Assembly: GCA_043381765.1 (NCBI GenBank)
Contig: JBHJMP010000118.1
Location: 1-41,553 of the forward strand
Source: Collodictyon triciliatum
Lineage: Eukaryota
DNA: 41,553 bases
Direction of reading: 5' to 3'
Under the pieces are notes generated by a model, which made no database searches, was not told the DNA's origin, and saw only the letters and a program-made list of their open reading frames with translations. Below are positions 14,090 to 26,946 of the stretch, one piece after another. The translations under genes were made by a program, and so were the position numbers. Within the stretch, counting starts at the first letter, position 1; the number at the start of each line of letters is the position of its first letter.

Positions 14090-15093
14090 CGGGATGGTGT
14101 AGCGGTGCGGTTTTTTTTCTTCTAGATCGTCCTAACCCTTCTTTCTGCCTTCTTTATTTGTTCTTAGTCCTGCCTTTGTCACCTCGATTTAGTATATCCC
14201 AAAGTACAAATAAATTCCTCAGAACCTTTTTTCTTCCATGATTAAAAAAAAGTATTGTTTATTAAATATCAATATTGCTGTTATAATCATTTGTAAATTA
14301 ATTATGAATATATGAAATATTATTCACCAGGGAACGTGAGTTGTACATACAGTATTAGTGAAACATGATACGAGATTTGATTCTGTGAAAAATGATAATA
14401 CTGGTATAAAGAAAATATGCCTATTATATGACTTCCTTACAAATCATGAAATGATCGGACTTAACTTTTATTTATACATCCCAAAAGTGTGTCCTTGCTT
14501 AGTTGTTTGAGTATGAGAATGAATGTGTTAATTGGTGATTGTGTAAAAATCGGAATTCGTCGTGAATAGGACATGCCCATGTAAGTATCCGTCAGACTGG
14601 CCACTAGACTCAGTTTGGCCATTTGAGAGAAAAATGGTATAAAATGTATTGATGCTTTTATTGTCTAATGTCTTTGAATAATTGACAAATCTATCTATTC
14701 ATGGAAATTTTGTAGTTTGTTGTGCTTCAATTTCCAGTGTAATTTTCTTGATGATAAGATAGAATTTTGAAGAAAAGCAAATTGATAAAAAAAAAAAAAT
14801 TGACAGAGATTTCTTCGAAAGTATCGATAAACTCATATCAAGAGACATTTTAGTAATTTGGTACTGAAGTTACATGCATAGACAATTCCTTGACGTCTAT
14901 TTTAAAGACATCGGTCATTTTAAAAAAAGAAAGTAAAAACGCAGTACGAATCGCATGTATAAATACATGTTTTATTATTTAATGTCGAAATAATTCGTTA
15001 GAATTACACTGGAGTCTAGTCTGTTCATAGTAATTTGAATGAATTTTAAGTCAGAGAATTTGCTGTTTTTTCTTTTTGAGCAAGACACTCTTG

Positions 15094-15662
15094 NNNNNNN
15101 NNNNNNNNNNNNNNNNNNNNNNNNNNNNNNNNNNNNNNNNNNNNNNNNNNNNNNNNNNNNNNNNNNNNNNNNNNNNNNNNNNNNNNNNNNNNNNNNNNNN
15201 NNNNNNNNNNNNNNNNNNNNNNNNNNNNNNNNNNNNNNNNNNNNNNNNNNNNNNNNNNNNNNNNNNNNNNNNNNNNNNNNNNNNNNNNNNNNNNNNNNNN
15301 NNNNNNNNNNNNNNNNNNNNNNNNNNNNNNNNNNNNNNNNNNNNNNNNNNNNNNNNNNNNNNNNNNNNNNNNNNNNNNNNNNNNNNNNNNNNNNNNNNNN
15401 NNNNNNNNNNNNNNNNNNNNNNNNNNNNNNNNNNNNNNNNNNNNNNNNNNNNNNNNNNNNNNNNNNNNNNNNNNNNNNNNNNNNNNNNNNNNNNNNNNNN
15501 NNNNNNNNNNNNNNNNNNNNNNNNNNNNNNNNNNNNNNNNNNNNNNNNNNNNNNNNNNNNNNNNNNNNNNNNNNNNNNNNNNNNNNNNNNNNNNNNNNNN
15601 NNNNNNNNNNNNNNNNNNNNNNNNNNNNNNNNNNNNNNNNNNNNNNNNNNNNNNNNNNNNNN
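15094..15662. other. Assembly gap (N run)
   Basis: Run of n; probably hides 3' exon(s) of the RA/WH2 gene. Confidence 1.
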
Positions 15663-15737
15663 ACATGAATTTAAGGGTTGTTTAGAATAAAGTGACTTGA
15701 ACTTTGTTTTAAAATTATTGTTTTAAAAAAATAATAC

Positions 15738-18700
15738 CCTTTCGTGCACTGGAAGCTCCGCTTGAAGGTGTGGATGTAACTACTGCCCCAACTTTTGCGC
15801 TAGGCGGCTCTCTTTCAGCAGGAGCAACCTAATATACGAAATAGCATTTATTTACATGTCTAAATATTCTAAGGTGATTCGTAGATCAGAGAAAAAACAC
15901 TAATATGTTGATTTATACTGTATTTTGGTGGGAATAGTTTCGAATAAATTTCGTAAATTATCTCTTTCATTCACAGATAAGATCTCGAAATGACCAATCA
16001 ATAGGATATGAAAAAAATACAAGTGTTAAAAAGTAATAATGAGACCTGTATAATACATCATAATGCAATTTTTTTTCACTGTACAAACCTTTTTTAATTG
16101 TGCACCTTGGCGAATAGACGCCAACAAAGCAGAGCGTCCATCTGAATCACCTAGTAAGATTTCATGAGTTTGTTAAACAGTAATACAAATAAAAATAGAA
16201 TCTTCAGTGATCAAGAAGAATCAAAATATTTTTATTTTGAAAGAAAGTAAAATTTTGGAGTGCATGAAGTTGATATTTGGTGAAAATACCTGAATCTTGG
16301 TCGCCTTTCTTGCTGGTCTATTTTCAGTTCACACCATAAATAAGTATTTTATGCGTCGTTTTCATATTTTTGATGAAATAGAATCATTTTAGTTGTAGAA
16401 TAAAAGAAATTGGACAGTAATGTGAGAAGAATGTATGGAAATTGTATAAAATATTAAAAGGTTGAAGAATATGCAATTACTGGAGGTGGTAGTGGTGGTC
16501 CTGATGATGCAACTGGTGCTTTGATGCCTGCACCTCCCATCGGTGGTGGCGGTGGTGGAGGTGGCGGGGCTCCTCCTGATGGCCCCATCATAGGCGGCGG
16601 TGGTGGTGGCGGTGGAGGAGGGCCGCCTGATGATGTAACTGGTGCTTTGATGCCTGCACCTCCCATCGGTGGCGGCGGGGGCGGCGGGGGCGGAGCTCCG
16701 CCTGATGACCCTACCATGGGCAGTAGTGGGGTAGCTGTTGGAAGTAGAGAGCTTGGTGGTGTGTTGAGTGTAGTTGCAGGTGGTTGATGAGTTGAACTTG
16801 GCTTGGGGTTATTCGGTGGTGTGGATGTTGATGTTGCTTGCCCCGAATTCAACTACAGATGATATTATCGTACATCATTTTATCTCTTTACACCAGAGAA
16901 TGAAGAAAGAAACCTTGTCTATAATTAATAAATTGTTTGGTTGTGAACTATAATATTTGCGCACATATGATATGGTTTATTGTATGTTTTTCTCTATTTG
17001 ATTGAAAGTGATATTTTATTGTATAGATCCTTGCATAAGAATTACTTGTCTCGCGGAACCCCCACTTTGCAACTTTGATAATAATTCAGCACGAAAATCT
17101 TTGACTGGAGCAGCTCCTACATTTTGTTTGGGAGCAGCACTTGGTGTCTCTGCAGGTCCTGTTGTTGTATTTGAAGTACTGCGAGCCTCTCCAACCTATT
17201 AAATATGATATGCATTTCTTAGATTTTGTATCAACCATGATGTATGCATATATATAGGAAAGATTGAACGTTTTGTTCTGCGTGATTGCAGAGGATCAGT
17301 CAAGGTATTAAGAAGATTCCAACAAGGTTGGTTACCTTCTTAAGGGATGCTCCACTCCTAATCGATGCGAGCAGATCAGATCTAGCATCACCCGAACTGC
17401 TATTGGATTTAGAGCTAGAGATGGCGGGTGGTGGGGGAAGGCCTCCTGATGATGCAACTGGTGCTTTGATTCCTGCTCCTCCCATTGGTGGGGGAGGTGG
17501 GGGAGGGGGAGGGCCTCCTGATGATGCAACTGGTGCTTTGATGCCAGCTCCTCCCATTGGTGGAGGAGGTGGAGGTGGGGGAGGGCCTCCTGATGATGCA
17601 ACTGGTGCTTTGATTCCTGCTCCTCCCATTGGTGGAGGAGGTGGAGGTGGCGGTGGAGGTGGCGGTGCTCCCCCCGACGATGTCGCCATTGATGGTGGTG
17701 GCGATACCACCGCTGGCGGCGGTGGTGGTGTCGGCGCGGATATTACCGGCGGCGGTGGTGGTGGTGTCGGTGTTGATGTAGATATTACTGGTGGCGGTGT
17801 TGGTGTCGGTGTTGGTGTTGGTGTTGGTGTTGGTGTTGGTGTTGGTGGCGGTGTTGGTGTCGGTGGTGTCGGCGTTGGAGTTGGTGTTGGTGTTGATTCA
17901 ATCGCTGGCGGTGGTGGTGGTGTCGGCGCGGATATTACCGGCGGCGGTGGTGGTGTCGGTGTTGGTGTACATATTACTGGTGGCGGTGGTGGCGTCGGCG
18001 TTGGTGTTGGTGTTGGTGTTGGTGTTGGTGTTGGTGTTGGTGTTGGTGTTGATACAACCGGTGGCGGTGTTGGTATCTGTGTAGATATCACTGGCGGTGT
18101 TGGTGTCGGTGTTGGTGTTGGTGTAGATATTACCGGCGGTGGTGGTGGTGTCGGTGTTGGTGTTGGTGTAGATATCACTGGTGGCGGTGGTGGTGGTGTC
18201 GGCGTTGGAGTTGGTGTAGATATAACCGGCGGTGGTGGTGGTGTAGATATAACCGGTGGCGGTGTTGGTGTCGGTGTAGATATCACTGGTGGCGGTGGTG
18301 GTGGTGTCGGCGTTGGAGTTGGTGTAGATATTACCGACGGTGGTGGTGGTGGTGTCGGCGTTGGTGTTGGTGTTGGTGTTGGTGTTGATACAACCGGTGG
18401 CGGTGGTGGCGTAGATATCACTGGTGGCGGTGTTGGTGTTGGTGTAGATATAACCGGTGGCGGTGTTGGTGTAGATATCACTGGTGGCGGTGGTGGTGTT
18501 GGCGTAGATATAACCGGTGGCGGTGTTGGTGTCGGTGTAGATATCACTGGTGGCGGTGGTGGTGGTGGTGTCGGCGTTGGAGTTGGTGTTGGTGTTGATT
18601 CAATCGGTGGCGGTGGTGGCGTAGATATCACTGGTGGCGGTGTTGGTGTCGGTGTTAGTGTTGATACAACTGGTGGCGTTAGTGTTTGTGTAGACATCAC

Positions 18701-18804
18701 CGCTGGTGTGGGTAACTTTGGTGGTGACTGTGGTGCTAGATCTGGTGGTCGTAGTATGAGAATATGCGAAAAATACAAGATATATCGTGAGCTTTGTGCT
18801 AGAC

Positions 18805-18837
<33 letters not shown>

Positions 18838-21800
18838 GATAATGATAATGATAATGATAATGATAATGATAATGATAATGATAATGATAATGATAATGAT
18901 AATGATAATGATAATGATAATGATAATGATAATGATAATGATAATGATAATGATAGTAATTAACTGATCCATAATATGAGGTGAATTATATGAACTTTAA
19001 TTAATTCAATCCTTTTTGTACTAGTTCAATAAAGTATCCAAACCAGTTAACTGAGTCCCCTCGTCACCAAGGGAGTTCAGTATGTCATCCAACTCTGTAT
19101 CGATGTTTACTCCTTCACGAGAAGGTTGGGTAACTTTGATGACAGAGGCCTCCAAGGGGTTCCGGGCAACCTTGACCACTTCAGGTGTCGGCAAAGATCC
19201 AACCGTTTCATGAATTTTTGGTTTTGTCTCATAAGTGCTCTATCGAATGATAGAACGTACGTTACCTTATGCATCGTATATTTATGTATCTGATGTATCA
19301 AAATCTTGTGTGAAAGGGAGGTTTATTGTATTATATTCGAGTAAGAAGGAAGAATATCACCAAGTTTACAAGAGGCATGTGAAATGCTCATAATATTCAA
19401 TCATTTTGTCTGTCAGGTGAATAATTCACCCTGAAACATATTGCGTGAATGAAAAAGTACCGCTTCCTCAATTTTTAATGCACTTTCCGAATTATATGTG
19501 CGCACTATCAAACGGCAGTATTCAAGAAATCACTAACAATATATGTGAATTTATGTTTGAATAACATGAGTCGATAAGATTTGCAAATTACGTGCAGGTG
19601 GATTTTGAATTGGAGAGTTGGATATCATGCTCCCTCCAACTTTAGGTGCCTGCAGTACCGAATAAGGAACATTTTTTGAATCAGAATATTGGTTATATCT
19701 CGAATTTCCCAATATAATTGAAGCCATAGAATAGACATGGGCTTCGTTACAATAGGAGAGCATATATATTTCAGCTGAGTAGCGTTTAAAGGAAAGCACA
19801 CTTGCAGAAGTTATAACATAGATTCGCTTACTTTGGGAGCTGCAAAAGATGGCGGTCTTTCGTATCCATATTTTGTCGCGACCTCATGTGGCGAATATAT
19901 TCTGACTGACTTAGACGAGCGAGCAGATGCGATGTCGTGTTTTTTGTCTTAAAGGCATTCATACATGTTAGTACAGAGCTCAAAAACGTTTTTCTATTCT
20001 TCCTTTCAGAGAGCTAAATAGCATAGACTATCTTTCGATTTGGATGATATAATATTACAGGGAAGGTACCTTGAGGAATAGGGCTGCTTGTGGGGACCAT
20101 CACCTACAGGGGTCGAGTTTGTTAAAATAACAACAATAATTCAGATTTACTCTAAATGTAAAACGATCTATATGCATCGTGAAACCCCATGGGTGAATGA
20201 ACTTTAAAATTTGTCACTAGAAATTCAAATATCATTTGGGACGTACAGATTCCATCGGCTTGTCCGAGACAAATTGTCTAAGACATGACATGCATATGTA
20301 GTTCTTCTCTGACTCTCTCCATGCTATTTGATCAGACTAAAGATAAAAAAAAAAATTCGAATTATGATAAATTTGTGACATCAATTGTATCATACAAATT
20401 TATACCGAACAGTGGGGACATTTGCTCGCAATTTTAGTCTCTGGAACGCTAGATGTCTAATGTGTTGTTGTCGATTAAATGGCTTTTCTTCTTAAAAATT
20501 AAAATAATAGACTAAGATTAAAAGAATTGCTTAAGGACAGCAATAGATCATGATTGGTAAAGACGTAAATTCATTTTAATTCTTCCTTTCAGTTTGTGCA
20601 AGGTGGTGGAGGTTTTGGAAAAGAAGTCGAATCTTAATTCTGAAACCATACCAACGGATTAGGCTTCCAGTCTCCAAACGAAGACGACTTCGACTTCGAA
20701 CCCTCTGAAATCGATCCTCGATGTGTGCCTGACCAAGCCATCCACCTCCCAGATTTTGTACGAATGGCTATATGTTTGCATATATTGTTATATCAAAGAG
20801 CACATGGTGATATCAAATGTTACTATCAATTAGGAATATGGGCATAGGTTTCTATACGTTCGATTCCTCTTTTTTTTTCAAACTAATGAAAGAATATATG
20901 ATTCATCGCAATAGTAGCTAGTGTGCTGCAGAACTCACCTTTCCTCTTTACCAGCCATAAGAATGATGAATCTGCCCCATGTTGTTGATAAATTCGATGT
21001 GGTTCATCCTCTGTCACAAGTTTTGTTTCTGTCAATCGAGAAATGAACGATTTTAGAAATATTTGTAAATCTTCTCGAAGATTAATCACTAGGTAAACTA
21101 ATACACTGGGCTATTGCCCTTCAAGCTTAGATATAAACAGTTGTTGAACGATGTCAGATTTCTGTGACGGTCAAGTAGAAAAATGAAAAATGACGGAAAA
21201 TAGACGTATAGGGTGGAATAGTTTGGATATTTCTGTTACGTTCCTCCTTTCACTTTAGAAATATTATGGACAAGAGTATAAGAAAGAATTTAAACGAACC
21301 ACTTCCTTTGACTGAATAACGCAATGAGCACTCTTCGAATGCAAGTTTCTCATGAGAACTTTTGTTTACTGAGTCACAAATGTCCTTGGTGAAACTCTGC
21401 GACAGAAGCCATGAAAAATTACAGTGGCACAGTCAGAAAATAACACATATACAAAGTAAGTTTGAACCATCAATTCGAGCAGATATGTGTAGTATATTGC
21501 AGGAGAGAGGGCAAGACATGACAAATATACTTGCATACAAGTTGTGTGGAGAATAATCCACTTTCACATTACCGAGACAGTGGTGGACGGATTAAGCCAA
21601 ACACTGACATACTCTTGCTGTGAGTTCAAGTTTTTGTCGAGGTATACTCTTGCAATCTATGAATGCAAACACGTATGTTAAATGAAGAAAATATTGGTTG
21701 AGTTAAAGTTTTGAATATTGAAATGAATCTCTTAAATCTAAAACATAATCATTTGAGGACAATTACAATAATAAATTCGGGAAAAAATTGATATGTGAAT

Positions 21801-22167
21801 CCCCACATCGCACAATGTTAAGGTTCATATACAGGGAATATAGAACTATAAATATATTATATCACAAACAAGTTTTTCTGCCCGCTGGTTCAAGGGGACT
21901 GCAAAGATACCAGAGGCTAAAGAATGCATATAGGAATTAGAAAGGGTTCAAATTATGTGATTTAGATCACATAAAGATAAAAGTTTTAGACAGATTCATC
22001 CGACACTAATTGTAAGACTCAAAAAAATATAAAAAGGGAAGCACATATGAAAGAAATGGAGCAAGGAAGCATTAATTTTTGTTATAATTCGCACACGAGG
22101 GTTTTGGAAATAGCGAGTCGGGGGAAATATGCTGCGAGAGGAAGGAACACTTACATCGGCCCTCCAT
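15738..22167 (-). CDS. Multi-exon putative actin regulator: RA/ubiquitin-like domain, C4 zinc ribbon, long Pro/Thr repeat, polyproline, two WH2 motifs plus one degenerate; 3' end lost in or beyond the gap
   Basis: Spliced N-terminus MEGRSSGIFAVPLNQRAEKL-IARVYLDKNLNSQQEYVSVWLNPSTTVS-SFTKDICD...CSLRYSVKGSE-TKLVTEDEPHRIYQQHGADSSFLWLVKRK. Then KCPHCS-SDQIAWRESEKNYICMSCLR. WH2 motifs ARSDLLASIRSGASLKK|V (about 17340-17390) and GRSALLASIRQGAQLKK|V (about 16090-16140). All junctions used are GT-AG and phase-consistent. Confidence 0.75.
17440..18710 (-). repeat. Coding tandem repeats: (PPPPVISTPTPT)n-type units and GGAGIKAPVASSGG-polyPro units
   Basis: Visible in ORF 17300..18778; the GGAGIKAPV unit recurs twice more in 16480-16700. 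Confidence 0.9.
18806..18954. repeat. (GATAAT)n intronic microsatellite
   Basis: Directly visible. Confidence 0.95.
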
Positions 22168-22357
22168 TAGAAGAATCTTTAGGGGATTTGATCAGTGTTG
22201 TCTTCTTGTCTGTTTTTTCCCAATCCTAATTGATCTAAATGGATGAATTGCTTGGGACAAGATCTGCGGTGGGTGGCTCCTGTATAAGTAAATGAAAAAA
22301 AATATGTTTTAAGGAGTACCAAAGAAAACTTAGTTGCACAAGGAGAGGAGGGAGGAA

Positions 22358-22556
22358 NNNNNNNNNNNNNNNNNNNNNNNNNNNNNNNNNNNNNNNNNNN
22401 NNNNNNNNNNNNNNNNNNNNNNNNNNNNNNNNNNNNNNNNNNNNNNNNNNNNNNNNNNNNNNNNNNNNNNNNNNNNNNNNNNNNNNNNNNNNNNNNNNNN
22501 NNNNNNNNNNNNNNNNNNNNNNNNNNNNNNNNNNNNNNNNNNNNNNNNNNNNNNNN
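22358..22556. other. Assembly gap (N run)
   Basis: Run of n inside the presumed last Roco intron. Confidence 1.
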
Positions 22557-25500
22557 TGAATAACAAACAACGATATCTTACGTGGTCTTTCAGCTCCAGT
22601 TTACGAATAATTTCATAATCTGGATTGCTCTGCTCGTTCCAACAAGGCAGAAGTGTGATGCCGGGAGGCGCCTTCTTGATGTTCGATTTTCCTTCTCTGT
22701 TGCGGATGCGCAAGCGACTGAGAGCAGTCAGAGCAATAATTCCGACAGGAAGCTCATCAATCTGTAGGAATGGAAATATAATTATGAGTTCAAAATAGTG
22801 GCCTGACTTTTCGACATTTATACATTTAACAAACCGAATTATCACGGATATCCAACTGTACAAGGCCCCTTAAAGAGCATAGTCCTGGTGGTAGTGATGA
22901 CAACTGATTTTGAGAGACATCAATACGAGTGAGGCCATACAAGCATGATATTTCTGGAGGTAGTGATGACAGCTGATTTTGAGAGACATCAAGGCGAGTT
23001 AGGCAATTCAGGCGTGATATTTGAGCAGGTACTGATGATATCTGTAAATCATGGTAAATGAGAAAAAAAATAGAGCTTCGAACGAAATTTCTTCAATAAT
23101 TGAAATGAGATTAAACACACTTTTTTCATAAAGGTTGGTAAATGAAAAAATAATACTGCAAACCTGATTATTTGATAAGTCCAGATACACAAGGTTTGTA
23201 AGAGTAAAGCATGGCTTCGGGAAAGATTCAACCTGAAAATGAGATGTAGGTTACAGTAAAAGTAATATTTATATGAAAAGTATGGTTGTTTTAGATGTTA
23301 TGAAATATTACTTTGTTTGAATGGACGTAGAGTTTCTTTAGCCCAACTAAATGCTTGAGCGAATCAGGAATCTGGGAGAGCTTCATATTGCCCATCCACA
23401 GCGAGGTTGCATGTTGGATTCCATGATTGTTAGGAGTGTATCGCACATTCACAAGTGGAAATTCTTCTAATTCTTCAAGGATACCAGAGCTTAATGGCTG
23501 TTTACGATGTTCAATCTCATTTGGCCGCAAATCGTCGTTAATCACTTGTGATGCAAACGAGAGTTCTTGCTCAGAAAGCGAATGGGTCGCATGGACATCA
23601 GGCTGGTCAAGCTTGGATATTATTTTTCCATCAAGCCTCAAAGCCATCACTTTCTCAAGTAATCTTTTTGACAATTCGTCTTTCTTTTTCTGCAGATGAG
23701 TCACCAATTGGCTGTAAAATAATTCCTTAACTTTTCTCTTCGTAGCTTTGGAGTTACTGGCGGCATCTTCCTCCATAGACAATTCAACGAAAGCAGAAAT
23801 GTCATCTGGTGATATGTGATACATCTCAACCATTGTGCTTTCATCCAGTTTATCTTGAATTTCTTGGAATCTTTCCCAGCCCATTTGATTTGAAATTGTA
23901 TCGCTTAGTTTTAAAAAGCCATGTTCTCGAAGCCACTCCACAAATTCGCCCTGGTTCATATCAGCCAAAGGAGTATATTTAATTGGAATCAATTCATTCA
24001 TCGTCTTTTGAGAAAGCCTTTGTTTACCTGATTCCAATTCATCCAAGTATGCACAAACTTGATTTAAAGAAGGTCGGAGCTTGTAGTTTTGCCTCCAGCA
24101 TGCCCTGATAAGATGGTTATACTCACGAGTGGCTTCTTTCGGTATTTGAGGTCGTAATCCCCTCATGACAAAACTCTGCGTTTGTGCTTCATTCTGGAAA
24201 GGATCGACGCCAGAAAACATGTACCAAACGAGCATTCCCAAGGCATACACATTACTTGGTTCTCCTCGATGGCCAATATTGACTTTTTCCTCACCATACA
24301 TGTAAGGATTATCATCATAAAACGGCTTAGATGAAAGTTCATGAATTTCCGGTGCTTGCCAATTAGCAGTTCCGTCTTGTTTGTCCTCGCCAAATTTCGT
24401 CGGTAAGCTTGACCCGACTTTATCAACTCGACGACGGCTCACTATTCCGAAATCCACAATTTTTACCGTTGTTTCGCCCGCAATCATAACGTTGTCGGCC
24501 TTCAAATCCTCGTGGTAAAGGTGTTGAGAATGCATGAAAATGAGACCCTTGCACAGTTGTTTTGTGTAAGATATAATTTGAGGCAATGTTGGTTTAATAT
24601 TTTTCTTCTCCAACATCGCTTTCAACGAAATACCTGCATTCTCCATAACCATGAAAAAGTCGTCGTCTTTGCGATACACGCCGGACAATTTGACAATATT
24701 CTCACATTCATAACATTCATGTAGAAACTTGCTCTCAAAAATGAGTGATTGAATCACCTTACTGAGGGTCTGCTCCTTGCTCTTCTGCATAGTTTGGATT
24801 TTCACCACAGCACTTTTTCCTTCGTATGTTGTTGTATAAACTCGCCCATACGACCCCTTTGCGAGATAACTCGAAAGTTCTATTTTTTCATCAATCCACT
24901 GTTTCTTCAATTCTCCGTCGATTGAATCCAGCTCAAGAGTTGCTTCAGCAGATTGCGGCGTCTTTTTCTTTTTCGCTCTCACCACAGAGTTGAATCTCCT
25001 TGATATCCCTTTTTCAAGTATTAAATCATTTACTAGTTTTCGATAATTTTTAATCAAATTATCATTAAGTTTTAAAAAACATGTATAATAATATATTGAT
25101 TGAATAAACCTTGTTCAAGATAGACGCGCCCTTGCTTTACTTCACTTGCTTCCAATTGATGGCTCTCAGTACACTCATTCAATTTAGAGTCATCTATCTT
25201 TCCCGAAGTTTTAATGTAGCCGCGTAATCCATGACGTTGACATTCTGGACATTCAAATTGGTATTCTTTCACAAAATCTTGTCGAATCGATGATATTTGT
25301 TCGATGAAGGTTAAAAGAATATCGAAAATCCTGACGAATCTATCGCCTTCATCAATTTCATTTTCATATTTTCTAACCTTGACTGAAATATTCTTCTGGC
25401 GGATTTGGTACAAAATAATCAAGTCATTTCCAGGATGAAGTTGAATTTCATCCGTTCCTGTTTTGTAGGAAGCATTCAGATGTATGAACGCTACATCTCT

Positions 25501-26714
25501 GAAAAACTGGTCGTCATACTGAACTCCAGCTTGTGCCTCTTTTGACAAACGAAGTGCTTGAATGATGAAGTTGCTTTTGTCAGAGAGCTGGACCTCACCA
25601 TTGGTCATTATTTTTACCGATGTTTCAGCGATGCAGTTTGACTCTGGTTTTTCATTCCACAAGGACTTAATATTGCTACAATCTTCCATCAGTGAGGGAA
25701 AGGCGATACATTCTTTGTTAAATTGAACCCCAAGGCCGAAATGGTCAAAGATTCGAAGAATTGTACTGAACACTTGTTCATCTAGTTCTATACTCAACTC
25801 TTGTTTTATTTGGTCTTTTAGCTTTCTCAACAAAATAATGCCATGTGTGTCCTTACTGATACCTTTGAAGCTGAAGACACAGCGATATATGTTGATGAGG
25901 AATAGGGGGTCTAAAAAGATACGATCTCTAGCACTTGTAATATCTGAGTACCAAATGATCGAACCAAGGTCGTGGAGGAAACTGAGAGCACTTTCGCAAA
26001 AGCTTTCATCCTTTCCTTGCGATATCCTGCAGAAATCTTTGACACCCTGGAGAGATTCATATGGCATTGAAGCCTTTGATTCCAGGTAACTCTTGATAGA
26101 AATGTAATCTTTAGAGACAAGCTTCATCACATTATCCAGCTGGGTCATTCCTTTGTATATCAATTCCTTCAAATCTGAAATGTGTTCTCCACTCTTATTG
26201 CTAACTTTCAATTCTGTGTTGATGAAGATGTGGTGAGCCTTTTTATTCGGTTTTTGTTCATTTATTTTTCTTGATTCTCTCAATTTCTTCATGCATCTCT
26301 TGGCTATAATTTTTAACTTCAGAATCCTGATAAGTCCCAGCGATGATGATTTTTGAACCAGGTGCAAAGTCATCAAGCATCTTAATCCACCGATCGAGGT
26401 TATTCTTCTTCTTGTCTTGGTCGAGTCTGTACAGAATTAAAACGAGGGCGCCTGATGACAAAAAGAACGGGTGTGTTACTTGGAACTCGTCTTGTCCCCC
26501 AAAGTCCCATACACGAACTGTGATTGGTTCATGCTCACCACGCACAGAAAATTCATGAATATCAACGTGTGCAATACCATCGGTTCGCTCTCGCTTCTGG
26601 TCTGTGGTGTTCTTGAAATCCTCAGATTTCTGTGAGATTGACTTTGAGAGTGTGGTTTTTCCTGTTTCACCCTCGCCAAGAAGCAATAATCTTCCTTGTG
26701 TCCAGCGCATAGAC

Positions 26715-26946
26715 CGTAAGGAGAGGATACTGGGGTCTCGAAAGACTATGATGCTTTATTGTTCTCGCTAGGAGAAAAGGGGAAAGGTAGGCACAGCCAG
26801 GCGTAGGAGGGGCCCATAAGTATGGGAGAAGACGCCTAAGTGTGGCTCATCCTTATTTAAGCCGCTTGCGTGTCTCTTCCTCGAAATTTTCCTGGTGAAC
26901 TGTGTTCCAGAAATGTATAGTCCCTTGCAAAAGGGCGTTTGTTACA
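26715..26946 (-). mobile_element. Solo LTR-like element, 232 bp, inserted in Roco coding sequence
   Basis: Minus strand starts TGTAAC and ends CCTTACG (TG...CA with the last base altered). Flanked by direct repeat TAGAC at 26710-26714 and 26947-26951 (extendable to CATAGACC). Contains TTAAATAA (TATA-like) and AATAAA about 40 nt before its end. Removing it plus one repeat restores ...FLLGLKGGS-MRWTQGRLLLLG. Confidence 0.8.

Noticed and set aside
14650-14900. Candidate terminal exons of the RA/WH2 gene (DVKELSMH...)
   Set aside because: Phase is compatible but the intervening gap prevents linking, and no convincing stop-containing exon was found.
15039-15690. ORFs spanning N runs (also 22235-22863)
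   Set aside because: Artefacts of assembly gaps.
17286-18809. 507-aa Gly/Val-rich plus-strand ORF
   Set aside because: Antisense shadow of the Pro/Thr-rich exon; the minus frame carries the WH2 motif and the splice sites.
21029-21300. Apparent exon with an in-frame TAG (KLEGQ*PSVLV), or a frameshift plus GC donor, suggesting stop-codon recoding
   Set aside because: A single GT-AG intron from about 21299 to 21029 gives a clean, better RA-like sequence (VKGSE-TKLVTEDEP). TAG, TAA and TGA are all used as real stops elsewhere in the window.
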